Assembly (NCBI GenBank): GCA_046289335.1
Contig: JBKBVY010000002.1
Coordinates: forward strand, 1,717-65,716
Origin: Roseateles sp.
GTDB taxonomy: Bacteria > Pseudomonadota > Gammaproteobacteria > Burkholderiales > Burkholderiaceae_C
Reading direction: 5' to 3'
DNA length: 64,000 bases
The notes under the pieces were generated by a model. The model was not told the DNA's origin. It ran no database searches and worked only from the letters and a program-made list of their open reading frames with translations. A program made the translations under genes and the position numbers. Shown here one piece after another: positions 9,397 to 18,918 of this stretch (its first letter is position 1; each line of letters opens with the position of its first letter).

Positions 9397-10307
9397 TCTT
9401 TAGGGACGAAGCGCCGCACCAGCGACTTGGCGCACTTGGTCAGCGTGTGGCCGCGGTCCGGACCGGTGCGCAGCAGCCGGCCGAAGGTCTTCAGGCCCAG
9501 CGCGAGGTCGCCGCGGGCGCAATGCGCGTCGGCGAAGTTGCACCAGCTGCGGTGCTGGAAACCGCGCAGCGCGACCGGGTCGATGGCATGGCCGGGCGGC
9601 GACTCCATGCCGAAGCGGCGGATCAGGTCGGAGCGCATCAGCTCGGTCGTGTGCCTGGCCGGAATGCGGCGCGACAGCGAGACCGGATGCTGGCGGTACA
9701 GCACGAAGGATTCGCCCAGCCGGATGAAGCGGTGCTGGGTGCTGGCGCGCACCAGGTACTCCCAGTCGTCGGTCTGCTGGTCGTCGGTGCGAAAGCCGCC
9801 CATGCTCTCCCAGGCGCTGCGCCGCCAGATGACGGAGGAGGGCAGGGCATGGTTGTCGAGGATGAGGCGCGGGTAGATCCAGCCGGACAGCGACTCGTCG
9901 ATGCTGCCGCTGCGCGGCTCGGCAAAGTAGCCGGGGCGTGGATCGCCGGGCCAGAAGTGAAAGCCCGTGTAGCAGAAATCGTGGTCGGGGCGCTCCTGCA
10001 GCGCCTGCAGCTGCAGCCGCAGCTTCTCGGGATGCCAGAGGTCGTCGGCGTCCAGCAGTGCGATGAACTCCGAGTCCACCTCGGTGGCGCCCCGGTTGCG
10101 CGAGCGCGACATGCCGCGGTTCTCCTGCGAGATGACGCGCACGCGCGGATCGTCCAGCGCCGCCCGCTCGGCGGTCGCATCCTTGGAGCCGTCGTCGATG
10201 ACGGTGACCTGCAGGTCGCCCGCGGTCTGGTTCAGGGCCGAGCGCACGGTCTCGGCGATGAAGGCTTCGGCGTTGTAGGCAGGGACGACGATGTTGACGC
10301 GCGGCAT
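9393..10307 (-). CDS. GT2 family glycosyltransferase
   Basis: VVPAYN, IDDGSKD, LLDADD, DDWEY motifs. Confidence 0.9.
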   Translation of the reverse strand: MPRVNIVVPAYNAEAFIAETVRSALNQTAGDLQVTVIDDGSKDATAERAALDDPRVRVISQENRGMSRSRNRGATEVDSEFIALLDADDLWHPEKLRLQLQALQERPDHDFCYTGFHFWPGDPRPGYFAEPRSGSIDESLSGWIYPRLILDNHALPSSVIWRRSAWESMGGFRTDDQQTDDWEYLVRASTQHRFIRLGESFVLYRQHPVSLSRRIPARHTTELMRSDLIRRFGMESPPGHAIDPVALRGFQHRSWCNFADAHCARGDLALGLKTFGRLLRTGPDRGHTLTKCAKSLVRRFVPKD

Positions 10308-10319
10308 GGGGGCGGGGGA

Positions 10320-11066
10320 TCAGCGAGGGGCAGGCTCGGATGCAGCGGGCGCGGGGGCGGAGGCCGCCGAAGCGGCCAAGGCTGCCGTGTCGGCGGTGGC
10401 AGGCTCCGGGTCCTTCCAGCGACCGACCGAGGTCAGGCGGTTGCGCAACTCGGGGCGCTGCATGCCCAGGTCCATGGCCCGATGGGCCTGGGTCAGCGCT
10501 TTGTCGTAGTCCTTCATGTCAAAGTAGAGCAGGCCGGCATTGAAGTGGGTCAGCGGGTTGTCACCCGCGCGGTCCACCACGTACTCCAGGAAGCGGCGCG
10601 CATCATCGAGGCGGCTGCGGCGGATCAGATAGCTCACGTAGAGCATGCGAAAGACGAGGTCGTCCGGCGCGAAGTTCATGCCGCGGGCGTAGTAGCACTC
10701 GACCGTCATGTCCGCCCGCGTCGGCGGGTCGGCCTTCTGCTTTTCCGCCAGGCGCTCCATGGCATAGATGGCGCGCGGGTGGTTGGGGAAAACCGCCAGC
10801 GTGTAGCCGATGTCGTGTCCGAACGGGCCGGTGGCACCCTTGGTGAGGGTCTCGACGCCGCGCGTGAAGTGGGCGTGCTCCACCATGTGCTTCTGGTGGT
10901 AGGAGGCCGAGCGGTAGTCGAAGGGGCCGTAGAGGTTGTAGGGCTGGCCACATCCGGGGGGCGCGGGCGCCCCGTTTCCAGCCTGCGCCAACGCGGCGGG
11001 CGCGGCCGCCATCAACGCCAGCGCCAGCATCAGCGGCATGCGTCGGGCAAGTACGGAAGTCGTCAT
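10320..11066 (-). CDS. exported TPR-like protein
   Basis: Signal peptide (RRMPLMLALALMAAAPAALA), YGPFDY motif, C-terminal TPR-like helices (HFNAGLLYFDMKDYDKALTQAHRA). Confidence 0.7.
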   Translation of the reverse strand: MTTSVLARRMPLMLALALMAAAPAALAQAGNGAPAPPGCGQPYNLYGPFDYRSASYHQKHMVEHAHFTRGVETLTKGATGPFGHDIGYTLAVFPNHPRAIYAMERLAEKQKADPPTRADMTVECYYARGMNFAPDDLVFRMLYVSYLIRRSRLDDARRFLEYVVDRAGDNPLTHFNAGLLYFDMKDYDKALTQAHRAMDLGMQRPELRNRLTSVGRWKDPEPATADTAALAASAASAPAPAASEPAPR

Positions 11067-11923
11067 GGCGTGGTTCTCGCAAGGCATCGGGTCTTCAACC
11101 AGTCCAGGCAGAGGCGGGCCTGGGCGTCCTGGTCGGCCAGGTCGGAGAAGGTGTGATCGGCCGTCGGCAGGTCGTGCCGGAGCAAGGTGTCCCGCTCCAG
11201 CAGACCCTGCCAGGCCGGCGACGTGGCGGCCCAGTCCGCGAACTCTCGCGCAGTGTAGTCATCGCCGCTCATGACCAGCAGCACCGGGCCGTCGAAGCCG
11301 CGCAGCCCGCTGGCCATGCGGTCCTGGAAGCTGCGCGTGTCGCTGCGGGGCCGCCCGGCGCTGCGCGCCAGGCGCAGGTTGCCGGCCAGCGTGCGCAAGG
11401 CCGTGAGGCCCACGCCGCCGCGCAGCAGCTTGAGCCAGAAGGCTTTCTCGCGCAGCCTCCGCGTGTAGTAGTGCTTGACGTGGGTCTGGGCCAGCGTGGC
11501 GGCCGAGCGCACCCAGGGGTTGGCCAGCGCCAGCCCGGCCACGCGCGGGTCGCGGCGCGCGTCCAGGTAGAGCAGCGCGGCCGAGGCGGCGTCGCACAGG
11601 CCCCACAGCACCACGCGCTTGAGCGCCGGCCGCGCGGCCAGCAGGGCGTCGATGGCGGCGGCGATGTCGGCCTCGACGGCCAGGAAGTCACGCGCCACGC
11701 CGGGACTGTCGCCCATGCCACGGTAGTCGAAGCGCAGCGCCGCGATGCCGTGGGCCGCCAGCTCGCGCGCCAGCAGCGTGAACTGCCGGTGGCTGCCCGC
11801 GCGGTACTGCGGGCCGCCCACGATGATGAGCACGCCCACCTCGGCGGCCGCGCCGGCCGGCTCGGCCAGGATGCCCACCAGCGGCTGGCCTTCGCAGACG
11901 ATGTCCAGCACCGATTCCTTCAT
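11063..11923 (-). CDS. alpha/beta hydrolase 1, exosortase A system-associated type
   Basis: VGGPQYRAGSHRQF, FDYRGMGDS, WGLCDAA, NPWVR, ADHTF motifs. Confidence 0.85.
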   Translation of the reverse strand: MKESVLDIVCEGQPLVGILAEPAGAAAEVGVLIIVGGPQYRAGSHRQFTLLARELAAHGIAALRFDYRGMGDSPGVARDFLAVEADIAAAIDALLAARPALKRVVLWGLCDAASAALLYLDARRDPRVAGLALANPWVRSAATLAQTHVKHYYTRRLREKAFWLKLLRGGVGLTALRTLAGNLRLARSAGRPRSDTRSFQDRMASGLRGFDGPVLLVMSGDDYTAREFADWAATSPAWQGLLERDTLLRHDLPTADHTFSDLADQDAQARLCLDWLKTRCLARTTP

Positions 11924-12720
11924 GCCAGCGCCTCCACCGTGGCGTCGATGAGCGCGGGCGCTTCCTCGATCTCGCTGGTGGCCCAGAAGCCCGGGCCCGT
12001 CAGCAGCCGTGCGTCCACGCGCCAGCCGGCCTCGCGCCAGGCCTGGATGGTCTGTTCGCTGACCGGCGTCAGCGCCGCGTCCTCACGGGTGCTGAGCTCC
12101 AGCCAGACGACGCGCCCGGCCGGCCCGGCCGGCGCCAGCCGCGCGGCCTCCAGCCCGGTGGCCAGCGCGGCGCCGATGCGGTAGCCCGCCACCTCCACCG
12201 GCTGGCCGGCAGCCAGCGCGGACTTCATCTGCTCCATCAGGCCCTTGCTCGCGCCGCCGGCCATCTCGGCGGCCAGCTTCAGGCGCAGGAACTGCTGCAG
12301 CGCCAGCTTGCCGCTGGTCATGGGCTGCCAGAACAGGTGATTCATCGGCCGGCCCCAGTCGGCCGCGCCCAGCAGGCAGCCGGCGCGCAGGCCCCACAGC
12401 CACAGCGGCGCGTCGGCGTCGCCCTGCGCGGCCAGCCAGTCCAGGCCCAGCCGCACGTCGGCCTGCCAGTCGGCCCAGCTGGCGTCGCCGAAATCGGCCG
12501 ACGAGTCGCCGCAGCCGCGCAGGTCGATCTGCAGCACGCGGCAGCCCGCCCGGGCCAGCGCCCGGCTGGCCAGCGCGGCCATGCGGCGTGACTTGTTCAT
12601 CTCCTCGGCGAACGGGTGCACGTAGAGCACGCGGGCGCGCTCGGGCCCCTGCGGCGCGTGATGGATGCACAGCCGCTGCTCCGCCCCGCTGGGCAGGAAG
12701 AAGACCTGGGGGCCGCTCAT
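11920..12720 (-). CDS. alpha/beta hydrolase 2, exosortase A system-associated type
   Basis: HPFAEEMNKSRRM, IDLRGCGDS, WGLRAG, WQP, QFLRL motifs; ATGA coupling on both sides. Confidence 0.85.
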   Translation of the reverse strand: MSGPQVFFLPSGAEQRLCIHHAPQGPERARVLYVHPFAEEMNKSRRMAALASRALARAGCRVLQIDLRGCGDSSADFGDASWADWQADVRLGLDWLAAQGDADAPLWLWGLRAGCLLGAADWGRPMNHLFWQPMTSGKLALQQFLRLKLAAEMAGGASKGLMEQMKSALAAGQPVEVAGYRIGAALATGLEAARLAPAGPAGRVVWLELSTREDAALTPVSEQTIQAWREAGWRVDARLLTGPGFWATSEIEEAPALIDATVEALA

Positions 12721-13763
12721 GCCGCGGGCTTGGTGCGGCGCTGCTGCAGCCAGCCGTGCAGCGACTTCAGCCAGGGCCAGCGGTAGGCCGTCAGGTGGAA
12801 CAGGGGGCGCGACTTGTCGGTCCAGCGCGTGTGCCACTCCATGACGCGGCCGAAGAACTCGATGCGCTTGAAGCGGCCCTCGTTGAACAGCGCCTCGAAC
12901 TCCACCGCCCGCATCAGCGTGGACGGCGACACCGCATGGTGGGCCTGCTGGTAGGCGGTCTTGAGGATGACCAGGCAGTCGCCCTGGTGCACGCACAAGT
13001 CCATGGCCACCACCTCGTCGCCGAACCAGTAGCGGTAGATGCGGGCCTGGCCATCGCGCGCGGCCTGCTCCAGCGCGCGGCTGTAGAAGCGCCCCTGCGC
13101 GCCGCCGGCCGAGATGGCCGTGCCCTGCTCGGCCTTCCAGCCGCTGCTCTCCAGCACGCCGTACTGCTCGATGGCGGCGGCGATGTGTTCCGGCGCCTCG
13201 ACCAGCTCGATGCGCGGCGTCACGCCGCCGGCCTCGACCTTCTTGAGCTGCTTGCGGGTGTTCTGGCGCAGGTTCTTGCCGCGCGACTCCCAATAGGCCT
13301 CGAAGCTGCCGTCCACGTCCACCCAGGCGGTGTCGATGTAGTGCAGGCTGCGCAGCCGCGGCGTGTCCGGCATGCCGGGGTGATGGAGCGAGTCCAACTG
13401 CGTCAGGCCCAGCGCCAGCGTCAGGCCCGGCAGTTCAGGCAGCAGCTGCTCAAGCGCGTCGGCCGGCGTCAGGCCGTCGGCCAGCAGCACCGGGCCCAGC
13501 GGCAGCTGCGAGGGCTGAAAGCTGCTCCAGCGTCCGCGCCCCTGCGGTTGCAGCAGGCAGGCGCCCATCCAGCCCGCGGGGCCGGCCTTGAACGCCAGCA
13601 GCTCGCTGCCGTTGCCGAAGTCCTCCAGCAGGCAGACCAGGAAGCTGGCGCGCAGGAAGGCATGCGGCTGAGCGCGCTGCTGCAGCTCGTCCCATTGCGG
13701 GGCGAACTGCTTCAGCTGCGTTGCGGGGTGCAGCTGCCAACGGTCGGTGCGGGCGGTGTTCAA
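12717..13763 (-). CDS. CelD/BcsL-type (Acetyltransf_6) GNAT family protein
   Basis: TTG start overlapping the upstream stop; GSFEAYWESRGKNLRQN, LESSGWK, ILKTAY, SPSTL motifs. Confidence 0.8.
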   Translation of the reverse strand: MNTARTDRWQLHPATQLKQFAPQWDELQQRAQPHAFLRASFLVCLLEDFGNGSELLAFKAGPAGWMGACLLQPQGRGRWSSFQPSQLPLGPVLLADGLTPADALEQLLPELPGLTLALGLTQLDSLHHPGMPDTPRLRSLHYIDTAWVDVDGSFEAYWESRGKNLRQNTRKQLKKVEAGGVTPRIELVEAPEHIAAAIEQYGVLESSGWKAEQGTAISAGGAQGRFYSRALEQAARDGQARIYRYWFGDEVVAMDLCVHQGDCLVILKTAYQQAHHAVSPSTLMRAVEFEALFNEGRFKRIEFFGRVMEWHTRWTDKSRPLFHLTAYRWPWLKSLHGWLQQRRTKPAA

Positions 13764-14929
13764 GATGCGGGGCTCGGGGCGGGCGAGAGGAGGGTGTCGA
13801 TGATGCGCAGGCGCTGTTCGGCGGACAGGTCCTGGTGGCAGTGCAGCTGCAGCACATGCACCGACCAGCGCTTGCCCTGGTCGCCGGGCAGGTCGGGCAC
13901 GCCCGGCCACAGCCAGTCCCAGCGCGACACGGGCAGGCCCTGCGTGCGGGCCGCCTCGTAAGCCGCCTCGGGCTCGTCCATCCAGAGCGGGAACACATAG
14001 GGCGCGGCATCGTCCGGCAACTCGGGCATCAGCGGCCGCAGACCGTCACGGCCCGCGAAGGCCTGGGCGTAGGCAGCGTAGTGCTCGCGCCGGCGCGCCA
14101 CGATGCGGCCGCGGTGCGCCAGGGTGGCCGCGCGCCGGCTGGTGGCCGAGGCGGCGCGGTGACAGGCTGTCACGTCGATGCGGGCGTACTCGCCGCTGGC
14201 GTCGAACTGCGGGCGCGCGGCGGGCGCGGGGGCTTGCGCGGGTGGCGGGCTGCGGCGCAGCGCCTGCTTGAGTGCCAGCAGCGGGCCGGCCCACCAGCGC
14301 CAGCGGCCCAGGCGGCCGTGGCGGGCGCTGATCTCCAGGCTGTCCAGCCAGGCGCGCAGCTCGCGCAAGGCGCCCAGCGGCTGCAGCGCCGCGGGCGCCT
14401 CCTCGCGCAGTCGCAGCAGGCCGCCGTCCAGCGCGGAGAAGAACTTGGGCAGGCTGGCGATGGCGATGTCGCCCTGGCGGCCCACGGGGCCGAACATCGC
14501 GTGCGCGCAGTCCTCCAGCAGCAGCAGGCCGCGGCGCCGGCACCAGGCCTGCACGTCCGACAAGTCCAGCGGCAGGCCGAACAGATGGGCCACGCAGATC
14601 ACCCGCGCGTCGGCCGGCAGGTGCTGGTCCAGCCAGGCCAGGTCGGGCCGGCCCTCGGGCGTGATCGGATAGAAGCCCACCTGCAGGCCCAGCGCCAGCG
14701 CCGGCGACACCATGGTGGGGCAGTGGTAGCTGGGCACCAGCACGCGCGCGCCGGCCGGCAGCGCCAGCGCTTCGAGGCCCAGCAGGATGGCGGCACGGCC
14801 GCTGGGGGTGAACTGCACCCCATCCAGGTCCAGCAAGCAGGACAACGCGGTGTCGCCGCCGTCCTGGTTGTGCGGCCCCGGCACCGGCTGGCGCGGAACC
14901 GGCTGGGCGGGGCCGGGGGAGCCGGTCAT
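13760..14929 (-). CDS. DegT/DnrJ/EryC1/StrS family PLP aminotransferase
   Basis: SGRAAI, VPSYHC, HLFG, EDCAHA, ASLPKFF (PLP lysine). Confidence 0.8.
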   Translation of the reverse strand: MTGSPGPAQPVPRQPVPGPHNQDGGDTALSCLLDLDGVQFTPSGRAAILLGLEALALPAGARVLVPSYHCPTMVSPALALGLQVGFYPITPEGRPDLAWLDQHLPADARVICVAHLFGLPLDLSDVQAWCRRRGLLLLEDCAHAMFGPVGRQGDIAIASLPKFFSALDGGLLRLREEAPAALQPLGALRELRAWLDSLEISARHGRLGRWRWWAGPLLALKQALRRSPPPAQAPAPAARPQFDASGEYARIDVTACHRAASATSRRAATLAHRGRIVARRREHYAAYAQAFAGRDGLRPLMPELPDDAAPYVFPLWMDEPEAAYEAARTQGLPVSRWDWLWPGVPDLPGDQGKRWSVHVLQLHCHQDLSAEQRLRIIDTLLSPAPSPAS

Positions 14930-14933
14930 GGAA

Positions 14934-15188
14934 TCAGAGACGCGCGGCCACGAAATCGGCCAGCGAGCCCACCGTGGCGAAGGTGTCGCCGTCGATGTCG
15001 TCGTCGTCCACCACCAGGCCCAGCTGCTCCTCCAGCGCGGTGATGAGGCTGACGACGGCCATCGAGTCCAGCTCGGGCACGGCGCCCAGCAGCGCGGTGT
15101 CGCGGGTGAAGGTCTGGGCCCGGCCGTTCAGGCTGAGCACGTCGTCGAGAAGCCTCAGCACATGGCCGAGCACCTGGGCGTTATCCAT
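14934..15188 (-). CDS. acyl carrier protein
   Basis: 84 aa acidic protein with the ELDSMAVV phosphopantetheinylation motif. Confidence 0.9.
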   Translation of the reverse strand: MDNAQVLGHVLRLLDDVLSLNGRAQTFTRDTALLGAVPELDSMAVVSLITALEEQLGLVVDDDDIDGDTFATVGSLADFVAARL

Positions 15189-15324
15189 TCTTGTGGCGTC
15201 CAAAAAGCAAGCGCGGCAGTTTAGCCGCCGGCCCCCTTGGCCCCGGGGTGGCCCACCCCTCGGGCCCGGGGTCGCGTGAGATACTTTTTTCACCTTTTGC
15301 GCCTCCCCCTGACATCGCCGCTTC

Positions 15325-16914
15325 ATGCCCGAATCAACCCTGCTGAACGAGTTGGTGGCCGTTGCCGCCGAGCGCACGCCCGACGCCCCGGCCCTGACCT
15401 ACGGTGGGACGACGCTGCGCTACGGCGAGCTGGATGCCGCCGTGCGGGGCTTTGCCAGCGGCCTGATGGCGCTGGGCCTGGCGCGCGGCGAGCGGGTGGG
15501 CATCTACCTGGAAAAGCGCTTCGAGACCGTCGTCGCCAGCTTCGGCGCGCCGGCCGCGGGTGGTGTGTTCGTGCCGCTGAACCCCTTGCTCAAGCCCGAG
15601 CAGGTGGGCTTCATCCTGCGTGACTGCGATGTGCGCGTGCTGGTCACGTCGCCCGAGCGCCTGGCCCAGCTGGGCGAGGTGCTGACGCAATGCCCGTCGC
15701 TGCGCCACGTGGTGCTGACCAGCGGTACGGGTGCCGCGCCGGTGCCGGTGCATGACTGGGCGCAGCTGCTGACCGCGCCCAAGCGCGCCGGCCACCGCGT
15801 CATCGACACCGACATGACGGCCATCCTCTACACCTCCGGCTCCACCGGCCGGCCCAAGGGCGTGGTGCTGTCCCACCGCAACATGGTGGCCGGCGGCAAG
15901 AGTGTGGCGAGTTACCTGGAGAACCGGCCCAGCGACACGCTGCTGGCCGCGCTGCCGCTGTCCTTCGATGCCGGCTTCAGCCAGCTGACCACCGCCTTCC
16001 ACAGCGGCGCGCGCGTGGTGCTGCTGAACTACCTGCTGCCGCGCGACGTGCTCAAGGCCATGGAGCGCGAGCAGGTCACGGGCCTGACGGCCGTGCCGCC
16101 GCTGTACATCCAGCTGACGCAGCTCGAATGGCCGGCCGCCATCAACGAGCACCTGCGCTACTTCGCCAACACGGGTGGTCGCATGCCGCGTGCGACGCTG
16201 GACCTGCTGCGCGCCAAGGTGCCGTCGGCCCGGCCCTTCCTGATGTACGGCCTGACCGAGGCCTTCCGCTCGACCTATCTGCCGCCCGAGGAGGTGGACC
16301 GCCGGCCCGACTCCATCGGCCGCGCCATCCCCAACGCCGAGATCCTGGTGCTGCGCGAGGACGGCACGGAATGCGCGCCCGACGAGCCCGGCGAGCTGGT
16401 GCACCGCGGCGCCCTCGTGGGCTTGGGCTACTGGAACGATGCCGAGAAGACGGCCGAGCGCTACAAGCCGCTGCCGGTGGGCGTGGGCGGCCGCGAGGGC
16501 GGTCTGCAGCTGCCCGAGATCGCCGTGTTCTCGGGCGACACCGTCAGGCGTGATGCCGAAGGCTTTTTGTACTTCGTCGGCCGGCGCGACGAGATGATGA
16601 AGACCTCGGGCTACCGCGTCAGCCCCACCGAAGTGGAGGAGATCCTTTACGCCACCGGCCTGGTGGGCGAATGCGTGGCCTTCGGCGTGGACCATGACAC
16701 GCTGGGCCAGGCCATCCAGGTCATCGCGACGCCGCCCGAAGGCGTGGCCGAGCTGGACGTGGCGGCCCTGACCGCCGCCTGCAAGGCGCGCATGCCCGCC
16801 TACATGGTGCCGCACGGCATCCACGCGCGCAGCGGCCCGCTGCCGCGCAACCCCAACGGCAAGATCGACCGCAAGACCCTGTCGACCGAATGGGTCGAGC
16901 GTCACACCGCATGA
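15325..16914 (+). CDS. acyl-CoA/acyl-ACP ligase (AMP-forming), exosortase A system-associated type
   Basis: YTSGSTGRPKG, LSFDAG, MYGLTEAFRS, SGD, RNPNGKIDR motifs. Confidence 0.9.
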   Translation: MPESTLLNELVAVAAERTPDAPALTYGGTTLRYGELDAAVRGFASGLMALGLARGERVGIYLEKRFETVVASFGAPAAGGVFVPLNPLLKPEQVGFILRDCDVRVLVTSPERLAQLGEVLTQCPSLRHVVLTSGTGAAPVPVHDWAQLLTAPKRAGHRVIDTDMTAILYTSGSTGRPKGVVLSHRNMVAGGKSVASYLENRPSDTLLAALPLSFDAGFSQLTTAFHSGARVVLLNYLLPRDVLKAMEREQVTGLTAVPPLYIQLTQLEWPAAINEHLRYFANTGGRMPRATLDLLRAKVPSARPFLMYGLTEAFRSTYLPPEEVDRRPDSIGRAIPNAEILVLREDGTECAPDEPGELVHRGALVGLGYWNDAEKTAERYKPLPVGVGGREGGLQLPEIAVFSGDTVRRDAEGFLYFVGRRDEMMKTSGYRVSPTEVEEILYATGLVGECVAFGVDHDTLGQAIQVIATPPEGVAELDVAALTAACKARMPAYMVPHGIHARSGPLPRNPNGKIDRKTLSTEWVERHTA

Positions 16915-18173
16915 GCGAATCCACACCCCTGAAGCGTGCGCCCGAGCATGCGCCCGTCCTGTTCCCGCGCGATGCGCAAGGCGAGCTGCTGGTCGGCGGC
17001 CAGCGCCTGTCCGTGCTGGCCGAGCGCGTCGGCCAGACGCCGTTCTACGCCTACGACCGCGGCCTGCTTCAGCGCCGGGTCGCCGAGCTGCGCGCGGCGC
17101 TGCCGCAGGGCATTGCGCTGCACTATGCGATGAAGGCCAACCCCATGCCGGCGCTGGTGCAGCTGATGGCCGGGCTGGTGGACGGCATCGACGTGGCCTC
17201 GGCGGGTGAACTGCAGGTGGCGCTGAATGCTGGTGCCGACCCGCACGAGATCAGCTTCGCCGGCCCGGGCAAGCGCGACATCGAGCTGGGCCAGGCGGTG
17301 GCGGCCGGCGTGCTGGTCAACGTGGAGACGGCGCGCGAGCTCAAGGTGCTGGCCGCCGCCTCGCAGCGGCTGGGCCTGCCGGCCCGCGTGGCGCTGCGCG
17401 TGAACCCCGACTTCGAGCTCAAGGGCTCGGGCATGCGCATGAGTGGCGGCCCCAAGCAGTTCGGCATCGACGCCGAGGTGGTGCCCGAGGTACTGGCCCA
17501 GGTGGGCGCGCTGGCCAGCGACGGCCTGGCCTTCGAGGGCTTCCACCTTTTTGCCGGCTCGCAGAACCTCAAGGCCGAGGCCATTTGCGAGGCCCAGCAG
17601 AAGAGCTACGAGCTGGCGCTGCGGCTGGCCGAGGCCGCGCCGGCGCCGGTGCGCTTCCTGAACCTGGGTGGTGGCTTCGGCATTCCCTACTTCCCGGGCG
17701 AGACGCGGCTGGACCTGGCGCCCATCGCCGCCAACCTGGCCATGCTGCAGGCAAGGGCCCGGGCCGACCTGCCGCATGCCGAGCTGGTCATCGAGCTGGG
17801 CCGCTACTTCGTCGGCGAGGCGGGCATCTATGTGAGCCGCGTGGTGGACCGCAAGGTCTCGCGCGGCCAGGTCTTCCTGGTGGCCGACGGCGGCCTGCAC
17901 CACCACCTGTCGGCCTCGGGCAACTTCGGCCAGGTGCTGCGCAAGAACTACCCGGCCTCGGTCGAGCCGCAGGGACGGCGCGAGACCGCAACGGAAGCCG
18001 CCAGCGTCGTGGGCCCGCTGTGCACGCCGCTGGACCTGCTGGCCGACCGCATGGAGATGGCGCGCGGCGAGATCGGCGACCTGACCGTCGTCTACCAGAG
18101 CGGCGCCTATGGCCGCAGTGCCAGCCCCGAGGGCTTCCTGGGGCACCCGGCCTGCGTCGAAGTGCTGGTCTGA
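16911..18173 (+). CDS. PLP-dependent decarboxylase (LysA/ODC fold), exosortase A system-associated type
   Basis: YAMKAN (PLP Lys), DVASAGE, NLGGGFG, ELGRY, GPLCTPLD, GAYG. Confidence 0.9.
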   Translation: MSESTPLKRAPEHAPVLFPRDAQGELLVGGQRLSVLAERVGQTPFYAYDRGLLQRRVAELRAALPQGIALHYAMKANPMPALVQLMAGLVDGIDVASAGELQVALNAGADPHEISFAGPGKRDIELGQAVAAGVLVNVETARELKVLAAASQRLGLPARVALRVNPDFELKGSGMRMSGGPKQFGIDAEVVPEVLAQVGALASDGLAFEGFHLFAGSQNLKAEAICEAQQKSYELALRLAEAAPAPVRFLNLGGGFGIPYFPGETRLDLAPIAANLAMLQARARADLPHAELVIELGRYFVGEAGIYVSRVVDRKVSRGQVFLVADGGLHHHLSASGNFGQVLRKNYPASVEPQGRRETATEAASVVGPLCTPLDLLADRMEMARGEIGDLTVVYQSGAYGRSASPEGFLGHPACVEVLV

Positions 18174-18183
18174 GCCTGGCCGA

Positions 18184-18918
18184 TCAGTCGGCGTCTTCCC
18201 AGACGCCGTTGCGCAGCAGCTGGTGCGGCCGGAAGCCGGCCTTGTAGGCCATCTTGGGGCTCTCCGCGATCCAGTAGCCCAGGTAGACATGGTCCAGCTT
18301 CATGTCGCGCGCCTGCTGGATCTGCCACAGCACGCCGTAGGTGCCCAGGCTGCCGGCGAGGTCGGGGTCGTAGAAGGTGTAGACCGCCGACAGGCCATCG
18401 TTGAGGATGTCGAGGATGGACACCATGCGCAGCGGTGCCGTGCCGTCGGGCAACGGCTCGCGGAACTCCACCAGCCGCGAATTGATGCGTGACTGCAGCA
18501 GGAACTGGGTGTACTGGTCCACGCTGTCATGGTCCATGCCGCCGCCGCTGTGGCGGCCGGCCTGGTAGCGCAGGTAGAGCGCATAGTGCTCGGGCGAGTA
18601 GCCCAGCCGCATGACCCGGGCCTGCAGGTCGCGGTGCTGCTTCCAGGCGCGGCGCTGCGAGCGGTTGGGCTGGAAGCTTGCCACCGGCACGCGCAGCGCA
18701 ATGCAGGCGCGGCACTGGTCGCAGTAGGGCCGGTAGGTGAACAGCCCGCTGCGCCGGAAGCCCGCGGCGACCAGGTTGGAGTAGGCGTCGGCGTGGATCA
18801 GGTGGCTGGGCGTGGCGACCTGCGAGCGCGCCTGCCGGCCCGGCACGTAGCTGCAGGGGTAGGCGGCCGTGGCATAGAACTGGATCTGCGCGAGCGGCAG
18901 TTCTTTGGGATGGGTCAC
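18184..18918 (-). CDS. bpt: bacterial arginyl/aspartate-glutamate leucyltransferase (Bpt/ATE family)
   Basis: GTG start; [40 protein letters not shown]. Confidence 0.88.
   Translation of the reverse strand: MTHPKELPLAQIQFYATAAYPCSYVPGRQARSQVATPSHLIHADAYSNLVAAGFRRSGLFTYRPYCDQCRACIALRVPVASFQPNRSQRRAWKQHRDLQARVMRLGYSPEHYALYLRYQAGRHSGGGMDHDSVDQYTQFLLQSRINSRLVEFREPLPDGTAPLRMVSILDILNDGLSAVYTFYDPDLAGSLGTYGVLWQIQQARDMKLDHVYLGYWIAESPKMAYKAGFRPHQLLRNGVWEDAD

Noticed and set aside
15276-15293. GTGAGA-N6-TTTCAC imperfect palindrome between the ACP and ligase genes
   Set aside because: Single weak copy that cannot be assigned to a regulator from sequence alone
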